Shown here: positions 10,836 to 20,006 of the stretch, piece by piece
How the letters are laid out: each line of letters starts with the position of its first letter
Position numbering within the stretch: the first letter of the stretch is position 1
Source: Fidelibacterota bacterium
Lineage (GTDB): Bacteria; Fidelibacterota; Marinisomatia; Marinisomatales; TCS55
Direction: 5' to 3'
DNA: 64,000 nucleotides
Assembly: GCA_018647265.1 (NCBI GenBank)
Contig: JABGTK010000004.1
Location: forward strand, 20,384 to 84,383
The notes under the pieces: model-generated
What the model was told of the DNA's origin: nothing
What the model saw: the letters and a program-made list of their open reading frames with translations, nothing else
The model's database searches: none
Program-made: the position numbers and the translations under genes

Positions 10836-10861
10836 CTAGGGAAGCCCCAGTCGCCTAATTT
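10832..10861 (+). promoter_or_regulatory. Candidate promoter of the mltD-like gene (TTGACT-N18-TAATTT)
   Basis: -35 TTGACT 10832-10837 overlaps the rfaE2 stop. -10 TAATTT 10856-10861 lies within CCTAATTTCG, a one-mismatch copy of the recurring motif. Confidence 0.35.
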
Positions 10862-10888
10862 CGCCAGCTAAATTTACCCTAAATATTC

Positions 10889-12499
10889 ATGAAACAGACA
10901 TTTACAAGAATTTTAATATTAACAATGTTGAGTGTGGGCCAAGGCTTCTCTCAAGAAGAGAAACCGGTTCAGGAATCACAAGAACATTATGAAAATGGGA
11001 ACGGTTTTGAAAACAATGAAAACCGTTTACCGCAATTATTACGCGACATAAAAGTATTGCTATCCGATGCTTTAATTGCTGACGTTATGGAAGATACGCT
11101 GGAAGTTGTTTATACACTTAATCGTATTTTTGACCTGTTAACTGAAGCAGACCAATATGGCGAAAAGAATGATGAGGATAAAGACGAGTTCAATCGTTTT
11201 GAGGAATCGCTAGTGGAGTTATATATCCACAGGTTCAATACGTTGGATAAAGAGGATGCGGCTATTACGGCGGAACAGTTACGGATGGATGTAACCACTT
11301 TTACCGAACCGTTAGAAGTAGAAATGGGAGCATCCCAATTCACAGTAGTGGAAGATCGTGATGGACATATTCCCTTGATTCGCAATAAAAAAGTGGATCA
11401 AACTATTAAGTATTTTCAAACCAAAGGTCGGCGACAATTTGAAATATGGCTAGATCGATTAAATGTGTACGGTCCAATGATATCTCAGATTTTAGATGAA
11501 TGTAACCTGCCGCCAGAATTGATCTATTTGGCCATGATTGAGTCGGGATTGAATCCAAAGGCTTATTCTAAAGCTGCGGCCAATGGTATGTGGCAGTTTA
11601 TTTATTCCACAGGTAAAATGTATGGCCTAGAAAGAAACTGGTATGTGGATGAAAGGCGTGATCCTGAAAAAGCAACCCGTGCTGCTTGTGCCTACCTTAC
11701 CGATCTTTATGATGAATTTGATAATTGGTATTTAGCCTTGGCTGCTTATAATGCAGGTGAAGGCCGAATCAGGAGAGGTGCCCGCTTGCACCAGACGTCG
11801 GATTTTTGGCAGCTTCATTCACTCCCTAGGGAAACAAAAAATTATATCCCCTATTTTTTGGCTGTAACTATTATTGCAAAAACGCCTGAGAAATATGGCT
11901 TTTTTGTTAAGGAGAAAAAAGAATCAGCTCTGGCTTATGATATTGTTACCATTGAAAATAGTGCTGATTTAACTGTTCTGGCCAGTTCCGCAGAAACATC
12001 GTTTAAAACATTACAAAATCTTAATCCTGAACTTCGGCAATCAGCCACACCCACAAGCGCTTATGCATTGAAGATTCCCAAAGGGAAAAAAGATATTTTT
12101 GTGAAAAATTATAATGCACTCCCAGAAACGGAAAGATTTGCGCCTCAATTTATTTCACATAAAGTAAAAAATGGTGAAAGTCTCTGGACAATTGCAAAGA
12201 AATACCGCGTATCAATTCATGATTTGGCTGCAGTAAATAAATTAAAAAACCGTAGTATGATACGCATTGGACAGAAATTGACCATCCCTGTACCAGGAAT
12301 GAATTTAGCATCAGTGCCAGCTTCCGCAATGTCGGGATATAATAAAGTATCGTATAAAGTTAAACGGGGTGATACACTGGGTCATATTGCAGAAGATTAT
12401 GGTACGCGTGCTTCCAAAATCAGAATATGGAATGGCATTAAATACGGGCAGCATATTTATCCCGGGCAAAAATTGACATTATGGATCAAGCAGGGTTAA
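10889..12499 (+). CDS. Lytic transglycosylase (MltD-like) with two C-terminal LysM domains
   Basis: Signal peptide, SLT catalytic region (LAMIESGLNPKAYSKAAANGMWQF ... AYNAGEGR), and two LysM repeats (HKVKNGESLWTIAKKY..., YKVKRGDTLGHIAEDY...). Confidence 0.82.
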   Translation: MKQTFTRILILTMLSVGQGFSQEEKPVQESQEHYENGNGFENNENRLPQLLRDIKVLLSDALIADVMEDTLEVVYTLNRIFDLLTEADQYGEKNDEDKDEFNRFEESLVELYIHRFNTLDKEDAAITAEQLRMDVTTFTEPLEVEMGASQFTVVEDRDGHIPLIRNKKVDQTIKYFQTKGRRQFEIWLDRLNVYGPMISQILDECNLPPELIYLAMIESGLNPKAYSKAAANGMWQFIYSTGKMYGLERNWYVDERRDPEKATRAACAYLTDLYDEFDNWYLALAAYNAGEGRIRRGARLHQTSDFWQLHSLPRETKNYIPYFLAVTIIAKTPEKYGFFVKEKKESALAYDIVTIENSADLTVLASSAETSFKTLQNLNPELRQSATPTSAYALKIPKGKKDIFVKNYNALPETERFAPQFISHKVKNGESLWTIAKKYRVSIHDLAAVNKLKNRSMIRIGQKLTIPVPGMNLASVPASAMSGYNKVSYKVKRGDTLGHIAEDYGTRASKIRIWNGIKYGQHIYPGQKLTLWIKQG

Positions 12500-13371
12500 A
12501 ACGACCCACATCTAACCAGAGGTGGCTCTGGTGGGGGTTGGGGAGCTTTTTTGCCTTAGTGATGGCTTTTAAGATTGGTACGTGGTCTAATGGGTCTTCT
12601 AGTGATGGCCCTGGAAAAAAGGTTGGAATCGTAAATATAAACGGCCCTATTGTTTCTGCTGAATCGACGGTAAAGCAATTAGAAAAATTTAGATCTCGAA
12701 ATGATATTACTGCCATTATTCTTCGGATAGATTCACCGGGAGGATTGGTGGCACCAACCCAAGAAATTTATGAAAAAGTAAAATCGGTTCGGAAAGAAAA
12801 ACCGGTAGTATCTAGTTTGGGAACGGTAGCAGCCTCAGGCGGATATTATATTGCTGTAGCTGCGGATACTTTGATGGCCAATCCGGGTACCATTGTTGGC
12901 AGTATCGGCGTTATTATACAATATCCTGTATTGACAGAATTATTGGATAAAGTCGGTATCAAATTTGAAACAGTAAAGAGTGGAAAATTAAAGGATGTGG
13001 GATCATATTCACGAAATGTAACAGATGCAGATCGGGTTCATCTTAATGCAATGGTTACAGATATGTATAATCAATTTGTTGACGCTGTTTCGGAGAGCCG
13101 AACCATTGCAAAAGAAGATGTAATTCTCTTAGCCGATGGTCGCGTTTTTACCGGATTGCAATCAAAAGAATTAGGCCTTATTGATGTTATTGGTACTTAT
13201 GAAGATGCTATTACATTAGCGGGATTAATGGGTAATATTTCAGGAAAACCAAAAACGGTTCGAAAACAGAAGAAACGCCCCTCGCTGTTGGACTGGTTCT
13301 CCGGGAATTTGGGGCAAACAGTCAGCAGCTGGTTTGATGAACTACCGGCTTATCGCTGGCGGATGGAGTAA
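12481..13371 (+). CDS. sppA: Signal peptide peptidase SppA, 36K type
   Basis: ILRIDSPGG, AASGGYYIA, and SGKLKD (catalytic Lys region). N-terminal TM anchor. Confidence 0.85.
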   Translation: MDQAGLKRPTSNQRWLWWGLGSFFALVMAFKIGTWSNGSSSDGPGKKVGIVNINGPIVSAESTVKQLEKFRSRNDITAIILRIDSPGGLVAPTQEIYEKVKSVRKEKPVVSSLGTVAASGGYYIAVAADTLMANPGTIVGSIGVIIQYPVLTELLDKVGIKFETVKSGKLKDVGSYSRNVTDADRVHLNAMVTDMYNQFVDAVSESRTIAKEDVILLADGRVFTGLQSKELGLIDVIGTYEDAITLAGLMGNISGKPKTVRKQKKRPSLLDWFSGNLGQTVSSWFDELPAYRWRME

Positions 13372-13376
13372 GAATC

Positions 13377-13664
13377 ATGACCAAACAAAATATAGTAAAT
13401 ATTGTTTCAGAAGCCACCGGATTGACAAAGGTTGAAACAGAAACGGTAATGAATGGCGTAATGGCCACTATCGTTGAATCACTAGGACGGAATGAACGTG
13501 TTGAGTTACGTGGATTTGGTACATTTGGTGTTAAACATCGGATGCCCAAAAAAGCACGTAACCCTGGAACAGGTGAAGCAATATATTTACCAGAACGCCA
13601 TGTGCCGACATTTAAACCGGCGAAACATATGCGTTTACACGTAAACGAAAATCTGACAAAATAA
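13377..13664 (+). CDS. HU/IHF family DNA-binding protein
   Basis: The 95-aa protein carries RGFGTF....R..R.ARNP.TGE...P....P.FKP, which is the HU/IHF beta-arm signature. Confidence 0.88.
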   Translation: MTKQNIVNIVSEATGLTKVETETVMNGVMATIVESLGRNERVELRGFGTFGVKHRMPKKARNPGTGEAIYLPERHVPTFKPAKHMRLHVNENLTK

Positions 13665-13673
13665 AGAGGTGAC

Positions 13674-13769
13674 ATGCCCTGCGGTAAAAAACGTAAACGG
13701 CGTAAAATGAATACTCACAAGCGGAAAAAACGCTTGCGCGCCAATCGTCATAAAAAGAAAAAAGTATAA
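13674..13769 (+). CDS. 31-aa Arg/Lys-rich peptide, bS22-like (AURKAIP1/COX24-type) putative ribosomal protein. Not in the supplied ORF track.
   Basis: The ATG at 13674 is preceded by AGAGGTGAC. Translation is MPCGKKRKRRKMNTHKRKKRLRANRHKKKKV, with the stop at 13767-13769. The KKRKRRKM..HKRKKRLR pattern resembles mycobacterial bS22 as I recall it. The ORF sits tightly between HU and the next gene. Confidence 0.55.
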   Translation: MPCGKKRKRRKMNTHKRKKRLRANRHKKKKV

Positions 13770-13781
13770 GACCCGTTTAAA

Positions 13782-14642
13782 ATGAAACGGGCCAGTATTA
13801 TTTGGCTTTTAACCGTTCCCCTCGTCCTGACATCTTTTGTCAGGGCTTGGGGGTATGACGGCCATCGTCGATTAAATTATACAGCATCCCGACAACTTAA
13901 CGGTCCATTCGGTCAATTTCTGAAACGAAATTCAGACGCTCTGAAATGGTATGCTCCGGCCCCTGATTATATCAAAGGGACCGATAAAAATGAATTTCCC
14001 CGTCATTTTATTGATGCGGATTTTTACGACCAATATCCATTCGATAATATTCCCATGGATTATGATTCGCTTCTAGCAAAATATGGTGAAGCGAATGTAA
14101 AAAAAATGGGTATGGTGCCTTGGAGCATAGAAAAAACATGCGATCGAATTATTTACCTGTTTAAGGCTAAACGATTTGATGAAGCTGTCTATTATATGGG
14201 TGTCCTTGGGCATTACGTGGCGGACCTCCATATGCCACTGCATACTGTTTTAAATTATAATGGTCAATTTACAGGAAACGAAGGCGTTCACTTTCGCTGG
14301 GAAGGGCGTCTTGTTGATATATATGTTAAAAATATCAAAGCTATCGGTTCCAAAGAGGTCGTGGTAGATCCAGTTTCATTTTCTATGAAAATTGTAAAAG
14401 AATCTTTTGCTGTACATGAACAGCTTTTTGATGCTGATTCAAAGGCTAGGAAATTGCTCACTATAGATCAGGCTAAAGAATTAAATACTTATAATATTCT
14501 GCCATTCGAAAAGCCATATTTGGATATTTTATATCAAGAGACAGGGCCGTTACTAAACGATCGGTTAGGTCGCGCTGTAGTTCGAATTGCGTCCATTTGG
14601 GAATATTGCTGGCTTGAAGCAGGTTCCCCAGAATTGCCATGA
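13782..14642 (+). CDS. S1/P1 nuclease-like (phospholipase C/P1 nuclease superfamily) secreted zinc enzyme
   Basis: Signal peptide followed by WGYDGHR (the mature N-terminal Trp typical of S1/P1 nucleases). His/Asp metal-ligand motifs HFIDAD and GHYVADLHMPLH. Confidence 0.6.
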   Translation: MKRASIIWLLTVPLVLTSFVRAWGYDGHRRLNYTASRQLNGPFGQFLKRNSDALKWYAPAPDYIKGTDKNEFPRHFIDADFYDQYPFDNIPMDYDSLLAKYGEANVKKMGMVPWSIEKTCDRIIYLFKAKRFDEAVYYMGVLGHYVADLHMPLHTVLNYNGQFTGNEGVHFRWEGRLVDIYVKNIKAIGSKEVVVDPVSFSMKIVKESFAVHEQLFDADSKARKLLTIDQAKELNTYNILPFEKPYLDILYQETGPLLNDRLGRAVVRIASIWEYCWLEAGSPELP

Positions 14643-15859
14643 GCCAATCTCGTACAGCATTATCTGTTTCCGAAATTACCGCCCAGATTAAGGGGCAAAT
14701 CGAATCACGCTTTTCGAGTGTTTGGGTTCAGGGTGAAATTTCAAACTTTAAGCACCATTCTTCCGGACATATGTATTTCACCGTAAAAGATGGTGGCGCA
14801 GAATTGCGCTGTGTCATGTTTCGGGGATTTAACCAATCAATCCACTTCAAACCTGAAGATGGAATGGATATCTTGCTCCAAGGGAAAATAACAGTCTACG
14901 AGCCCCGTGGCCAGTACCAATTGATGGTTCAGATGATGGAACCGGCGGGGATCGGCACATTGTACTTGGCATTCGAAGCGCTGAAAAAACAGTTGGCTGC
15001 TGAAGGATTATTCGATGAAGGTTTGAAAAAGTCATTACCATCTTATCCTAAAAAAATTGGTATTGTCACTTCTCGTACTGGGGCAGCCCTGCGAGATATG
15101 ATTAATATTTTGTCCCGCCGGGCACCATATTTAGAAATTATTATAAGACCGGCATTGGTTCAGGGGGGTGAAGCAGCAGATGATATTATTGGTGGTATCA
15201 AAGATCTTGAATCTCTGGAAGATGTGAATGTTATCATCATTGGTCGCGGTGGCGGATCGTTAGAAGATTTATGGGCATTCAATGAAGAAGCGTTAGCTCG
15301 AACGATTTCTGCTTGTTCCATTCCTATTATTTCGGCTGTAGGGCATGAGACTGATGTTACCATAAGTGATATGGTGGCTGATCTTCGTTCGCCCACACCT
15401 TCTGCAGCAGCTGAATTGGTTGCGCCAAGTACTGACGAAATTAAAATGGAGTTGTCCCGAAACTTCGACCGATTAACCATGATAATTCAACATCGGTTGA
15501 ATCGTCTATGGCAAATGCTCGACCACTTGATTGATCGTCAAACTTTACAGCATCCCCGTACTATTTTGAATCGTAATCGAGAAAAACTGGGTGTTCTGAC
15601 TCATCAATTGAGTTTTTCCATGAATCACTTAATATCCTTGGCTAAAACGAAGCTTAAAGGATTTGAAAAAGAATTGACTGTATTGAATCCAAACGATATT
15701 CTCAACCGGGGATACAGCTTAGCTTTTAAGTCTGATGGCAGTATCCTTCGATATGCAGATGAATTAAAAGTGGGTGAATCATTTTTATTGAAAACAGGGC
15801 AAGGATCAATGGAAGCTGAGAAAAAGAGGAAGATATCCACTGGTGCTAAAGGTAATTGA
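14639..15859 (+). CDS. xseA: Exodeoxyribonuclease VII large subunit
   Basis: N-terminal OB fold (VWVQGEISNFK.HSSGH.YF.LKD) and catalytic core (RGGGS.EDLW.FN.E..AR ... GHE.D.T..D.VAD.R..TP.AAAE). Confidence 0.92.
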   Translation: MSQSRTALSVSEITAQIKGQIESRFSSVWVQGEISNFKHHSSGHMYFTVKDGGAELRCVMFRGFNQSIHFKPEDGMDILLQGKITVYEPRGQYQLMVQMMEPAGIGTLYLAFEALKKQLAAEGLFDEGLKKSLPSYPKKIGIVTSRTGAALRDMINILSRRAPYLEIIIRPALVQGGEAADDIIGGIKDLESLEDVNVIIIGRGGGSLEDLWAFNEEALARTISACSIPIISAVGHETDVTISDMVADLRSPTPSAAAELVAPSTDEIKMELSRNFDRLTMIIQHRLNRLWQMLDHLIDRQTLQHPRTILNRNREKLGVLTHQLSFSMNHLISLAKTKLKGFEKELTVLNPNDILNRGYSLAFKSDGSILRYADELKVGESFLLKTGQGSMEAEKKRKISTGAKGN

Positions 15860-15889
15860 GTAAAATAAAAACAAAGATTAAATTGAACG

Positions 15890-16120
15890 ATGAGTAAACA
15901 AAAAACATTTGAATTTGAAGCAGTTTTGGGGCGCCTTGAAAAAATAGTAGAATCCCTAGAGGGAGAAAGTGAATCTCTGGAAAAAAGTTTAACTTTATTT
16001 GAAGAAGGTGTAAAACTTACCGATTCATTGAAGGATCATTTGGAATCGGCTGAGCAACAAATCAAAGTGCTTATGAAAGATACTGATGGAAAAGTAAAAA
16101 CGGAGGATTTTGAAGGCTAA
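15890..16120 (+). CDS. xseB: Exodeoxyribonuclease VII small subunit
   Basis: The 76-aa helical protein carries FE..L..LE.IV..LE....SLE.SL.LFEEG, and lies directly after xseA. Confidence 0.88.
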   Translation: MSKQKTFEFEAVLGRLEKIVESLEGESESLEKSLTLFEEGVKLTDSLKDHLESAEQQIKVLMKDTDGKVKTEDFEG

Positions 16121-17016
16121 TGTCGGCCTCGGTAAAAAAACCAAAATCTTTCGGAATCTGGGGGAATACGGATAAAACCCGATTTTGGAAATTACTTGAT
16201 CCTATCATGGAATGGGCTGAAGAAAAGAAGATTTCCCCATTTATTACCAAGCGGATTAGGGAGAAAATCGGGAATGAATCCAATTATAAATTTAATGTAA
16301 TCGAATCGGCAGAAGATTTTTATAAAATTGACTTTTTGCTAACACTGGGCGGTGATGGCACTATGCTTTCTGCGGCTCGAGCAGTAGGCCATCGCAAAAC
16401 ACCGATTTTGGGTATCCACTTAGGTGAATTGGGATTTATGGCGGAAGTGACGGTTGATGAAATGTTCAGTCGATTGGATATGGTTTTGGCTGGGTCTTAT
16501 GGGCTTCAGCGGCGAATGGTACTTAAAGCAGAAATTGTCAATGGGGAAGGCCTTAAAGTTTTTTATGCCCTGAATGATTTTGTGATTGATCGGGGAAAAT
16601 CCAATCGAATTATTACCATGCGCCTTTTGGCCAACGACCGCTTTGTTTCTGATTATAAAGCAGATGGACTTATTGTTGCCACACCTACCGGTTCAACTGC
16701 TTATTCCTTATCTGTAGGTGGCCCTATTGTGATGCCGCGCCTGAAAGCTATGGTCGTGTCGCCTATTAGTCCGCATACCTTAACCTTAAGACCTATTGTT
16801 CTACCTGATGATCGTAATCTCGAGATTAGTTTCCCCAAAGATGACTTAAAAGAAATAGCCTTTGCCGTGGACGGGCAAGTAAGTGAATACCTTGCTCCAA
16901 ATGCCAAAATATTTATTCAACGGGCACCTTTTGAAATCCGCATGATCGATTTTGAGGATTCTAATTATTTTCAGACGCTCCGCCGAAAAATGGGTTGGGG
17001 GAAACGAGGGGAATAG
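16120..17016 (+). CDS. nadK: NAD kinase
   Basis: GGDGTML motif, NDFVI and ADGLIVATPTGSTAYSLS.GGPI motifs. Confidence 0.92.
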   Translation: MSASVKKPKSFGIWGNTDKTRFWKLLDPIMEWAEEKKISPFITKRIREKIGNESNYKFNVIESAEDFYKIDFLLTLGGDGTMLSAARAVGHRKTPILGIHLGELGFMAEVTVDEMFSRLDMVLAGSYGLQRRMVLKAEIVNGEGLKVFYALNDFVIDRGKSNRIITMRLLANDRFVSDYKADGLIVATPTGSTAYSLSVGGPIVMPRLKAMVVSPISPHTLTLRPIVLPDDRNLEISFPKDDLKEIAFAVDGQVSEYLAPNAKIFIQRAPFEIRMIDFEDSNYFQTLRRKMGWGKRGE

Positions 17017-17025
17017 AGGCACAAC

Positions 17026-17042
17026 ACGAGAAAGATTCTCGT
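17026..17042. terminator. Short hairpin between convergent nadK and the CoA-binding protein gene
   Basis: ACGAGA-aagat-TCTCGT is a 6-bp stem. It is followed by a weak T-rich stretch (accgTTTaaTTTTaTT) on the + strand. Confidence 0.25.
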
Positions 17043-17053
17043 ACCGTTTAATT

Positions 17054-17452
17054 TTATTGACGTTGTCTATGTCGCCGCATCATACAATCATTCATGACCA
17101 CAAACAGTCCTTTTTCTTCTGCTAATCGGGCTGCCTCTTCATTGATGACATTATCCTGGAGCCAAAGTGCTTTAGCACCAATATCAATGGCGGCTTCAGC
17201 AATAGGCATAACATGTTCTGATCTGCGAAAAACGTCCACAATATCAACAGGTACTGGAATGTCTTTTAAAGAAGGGTAACATGTCTCTCCTGCAATTTCT
17301 GTCTGTCCCGGATTTACAGGGATTATGGTATATCCATTATCTCTTAAATATAAGGCCACATAATGACTGGGCCGTTCAGATTTGGGGGACATACCCACCA
17401 CGGCGATGGTTTTTAAATTAAATATTTTTTTAATTGTAGTAGAATCGTTCAT
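17054..17452 (-). CDS. CoA-binding protein (YccU-like)
   Basis: The pattern IAVVG.S....RPS..V..YL...GY.IIPVNP .... Y.SL.DIP..VD.V.VFR is the CoA_binding_2 family pattern. Confidence 0.8.
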   Translation of the reverse strand: MNDSTTIKKIFNLKTIAVVGMSPKSERPSHYVALYLRDNGYTIIPVNPGQTEIAGETCYPSLKDIPVPVDIVDVFRRSEHVMPIAEAAIDIGAKALWLQDNVINEEAARLAEEKGLFVVMNDCMMRRHRQRQ

Positions 17453-17519
17453 GAATCAGCGTCTTCTTGTGTTTTAGTGTTTATACCTTCAAGTGTGGAT
17501 AAAGTTAATACTTAAACTC

Positions 17520-18419
17520 TTACCGCTTGAACCAATTACCCATCACATAGGATATAATTTTTGGATTCTCTTTAAGGCGTCGGACAGAATATTCAAACCA
17601 AGCTTCTCCGAAGGGAACATAAACACGAATTTTGTATCCCTTAGCTTTCAACTGTTCTAAACGATTGCCCATGGGAACACCATAGAGTACTTGGAATTCA
17701 AAGCGGTTGGGTGAAATGTTTTCCGTCTCGATTAATGCTTCCAATCTATCAATGAGAGATATGTCATGAGTGGCGAGACAAGCATAACCACTGCCATTCA
17801 ATAATGTCTTGGCCATCTCCACATAATTATCATTAATGGCAGTTCGTTTTTGAATTGCAATTTCCGATGCCTCCTTATATATACCTTTGCAGATGCGTAG
17901 GTTAAGAAGGGGAGAGTCTAATAATTTAATATCATCCAAACTGCGGAAGAGGTAGGCTTGGATCACGGTACCCATTTTATTGTAGATGGAAAGAGTTCTT
18001 TTGTAGATTTCAAATGTTTGGGTTGTGTAAGGAGAATTTTCCATATCAATAGTGACACCCACATTATTCTCTTTCCCCTTTTGGGCCAATGCAAGGATAT
18101 TGTCTTCTCCCATTTGTGGGTCGAGTTCAAGTCCCAAATGGGTCAACTTTACCGAAATAGTACTATCTAGATTAGCATCAGCAATTCTTTGAATCACATC
18201 AGAATAGGCGTCCTTGATCTGGTTGGCTTCATCGGTGGAATGAACAAATTCACCAAGGATATCCATGGTAGCAGCGAACCCTTCATCATTGAGTGTTTGA
18301 ACAATTCCCAGTGCTTCTTCTAGTGATTCTCCCGCAACATACGGTTTGGCAAATGGGCGAACAAACCATTTTGGGAAGTAGGGCATGAGTATTGCTATGA
18401 ATGAATTTAGCCTCAACAT
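17520..18419 (-). CDS. Proline dehydrogenase (stand-alone PRODH)
   Basis: About 300 aa, TIM-barrel PRODH pattern (YVAGE..EEA, ATMD.LGE, TIDME, QAYL.R, RICKG.Y.E, ATHD, EFQ.LYG.). Confidence 0.8.
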   Translation of the reverse strand: MLRLNSFIAILMPYFPKWFVRPFAKPYVAGESLEEALGIVQTLNDEGFAATMDILGEFVHSTDEANQIKDAYSDVIQRIADANLDSTISVKLTHLGLELDPQMGEDNILALAQKGKENNVGVTIDMENSPYTTQTFEIYKRTLSIYNKMGTVIQAYLFRSLDDIKLLDSPLLNLRICKGIYKEASEIAIQKRTAINDNYVEMAKTLLNGSGYACLATHDISLIDRLEALIETENISPNRFEFQVLYGVPMGNRLEQLKAKGYKIRVYVPFGEAWFEYSVRRLKENPKIISYVMGNWFKR

Positions 18420-18428
18420 AAGTTGACG

Positions 18429-18458
18429 AATTTAGGATAGTAAAACAGGGAACATCAA
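18429..18458 (-). promoter_or_regulatory. Candidate promoter of the proline dehydrogenase gene (TTGATG-N18-TAAATT on the - strand)
   Basis: CCTAAATTCG occurs on the - strand at 18436..18427, and TTGATG at 18458..18453. The -10 ends about 9 nt from the ATG, so the leader would be very short. Confidence 0.35.
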
Positions 18459-18531
18459 ATGGAATTCAAATTGATTTAATTAATTTGTTATTACCGTCAG
18501 AAAAATAAGTAAAAAATTCATGAAGTTTATC

Positions 18532-18561
18532 TTGACCAAGCTCAATAATAAATTCTAAATT
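18532..18561 (+). promoter_or_regulatory. Candidate sigma70-type promoter of the nuo operon (TTGACC-N18-TAAATT)
   Basis: -35 TTGACC 18532-18537 and -10 TAAATT 18556-18561, the latter embedded in the recurring motif CTAAATTCG. It lies 29 nt upstream of the nuoA ATG. Confidence 0.45.
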
Positions 18562-18589
18562 CGCCGACTCGAAACGAGTCAAAAAACAA

Positions 18590-19018
18590 ATGTATCGCGA
18601 CTTCGGCACCATATTTATTTTCATTTTCATGGGCATTGTACTCGTCTATGTACCGTTGCTTATCCAGCAGTTGGTTGCCCCTTCCAATCCCAATCCTGAT
18701 AAACTTGCCACATATGAATGCGGTGAAGAATCTGAAGGCTCTGCCTGGGTACAGTTCAATATTCGTTTTTATGTGGTTGCTCTTATCTTTCTCATATTTG
18801 ATGTAGAAGTTGTATTTTTATTCCCGTGGGCCGTTGTATTTAATGAATTGGGAATGCTGGCATTTGTAGAAATGGCAATCTTCTTGGTTATTTTAATGAT
18901 CGGTCTTGCTTATGTCTGGAAAAAGGGTGACTTGGATTGGGTCAAGTATAATGTGAAGTATGGCCGTGGCCGATATGCTAACTTGATTGAGAAATCCCAA
19001 ACAACACAGGAATCATAA
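18590..19018 (+). CDS. nuoA: NADH-quinone oxidoreductase subunit A
   Basis: Three TM helices, YECGE motif, FDVE..FLFPWA motif. Confidence 0.9.
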   Translation: MYRDFGTIFIFIFMGIVLVYVPLLIQQLVAPSNPNPDKLATYECGEESEGSAWVQFNIRFYVVALIFLIFDVEVVFLFPWAVVFNELGMLAFVEMAIFLVILMIGLAYVWKKGDLDWVKYNVKYGRGRYANLIEKSQTTQES

Positions 19019-19509
19019 TGGGTGTTTTAGAAAATAGATTTCAAGACAATGTCATCGTTGCGTCTCTGGACAAATTCCTAGGATGGGCCCGTTCAACATC
19101 GCCATGGTATTTCCAGTTTGGATTGGCTTGCTGCGCGATCGAGATGATGGCTTCGGCTGCCAGTCGTCATGATTTAGAACGGATTGGTATGATGCCCCGT
19201 TCCTCTCCGCGACAAGCAGATGTAATGATTGTGGCAGGAACAGTAACCATGAAGATGGCACTGCGCGTTAAAAAATTATATGAACAAATGGCCGACCCCA
19301 AATATGTGATTTCAATGGGAAGTTGCGCCACAAGCGGCGGTCCTTATTGGCAGCATGGATACCACGTCCTTAAAGGTGTGGATTTGGTAGTACCGGTAGA
19401 TGTGTATGTCCCCGGTTGCCCGCCCCGTCCAGAAGCCTTGATTGAAGGTCTGTTGAAACTCCAGGAAAAAATTCAGACTGAGCGTCCGCTCACCCGAAAA
19501 TCTGCATGA
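19018..19509 (+). CDS. nuoB: NADH-quinone oxidoreductase subunit B
   Basis: N2 cluster ligands (GLACCAIEM ... GSCA.SGG ... PGCPPRPE). TAATG overlap with nuoA. Confidence 0.93.
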   Translation: MGVLENRFQDNVIVASLDKFLGWARSTSPWYFQFGLACCAIEMMASAASRHDLERIGMMPRSSPRQADVMIVAGTVTMKMALRVKKLYEQMADPKYVISMGSCATSGGPYWQHGYHVLKGVDLVVPVDVYVPGCPPRPEALIEGLLKLQEKIQTERPLTRKSA

Positions 19510-20006
19510 CATCAGCTGAAATTAAAGCTGCGATCGAAAGCCAGTTTCCTGGTACTATCGTTGAAAACAAGGAACTGGCAGACCGTCAAGTTGAATTAAT
19601 TGATGACCAATGGCTGGATGTTGCTACATTTATGAAGAATGACCCGAACCTCTCTTTCGATCAATTAGAATGTATTACTGGTATTGATACAGGAGAAGAG
19701 GGCCCCTTGCAAACGCGCTACAATCTGCACTCCATGGAGCATCGCCATAAAATCGAAGTTGTAATCAGTCATGATCGCGCCAATCCTAAGGTAGCATCTA
19801 TTGAACAATTATGGCGGATTGGTGACTGGTTCGAGCGCGAAACATACGATATGTTTGGAATTGTTTATGAAGGGCACCGCGATCTGCGAAGAATTTTATG
19901 TCCCGATGATTGGGAAGGTTGGCCTTTGAGAAAAGATTATGAAGGGCAATTGGATTACCACGGAATAGTGGTACCAAAAATGAAAGAAGAGTCGGGATGG
20001 GAGTAG
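19506..20006 (+). CDS. nuoC: NADH-quinone oxidoreductase subunit C
   Basis: WFERE.YDMFGI.YEGH.DLRRIL motif. ATGA overlap with nuoB. Confidence 0.9.
   Translation: MTSAEIKAAIESQFPGTIVENKELADRQVELIDDQWLDVATFMKNDPNLSFDQLECITGIDTGEEGPLQTRYNLHSMEHRHKIEVVISHDRANPKVASIEQLWRIGDWFERETYDMFGIVYEGHRDLRRILCPDDWEGWPLRKDYEGQLDYHGIVVPKMKEESGWE

Noticed and set aside
18566-18580. Hairpin GACTCG-aaa-CGAGTC just upstream of nuoA, considered as a terminator
   Set aside because: No U-tract follows it on either strand, and it lies downstream of the candidate nuoA -10 box. It is more likely a 5'-terminal mRNA stem, and I do not call it a terminator.
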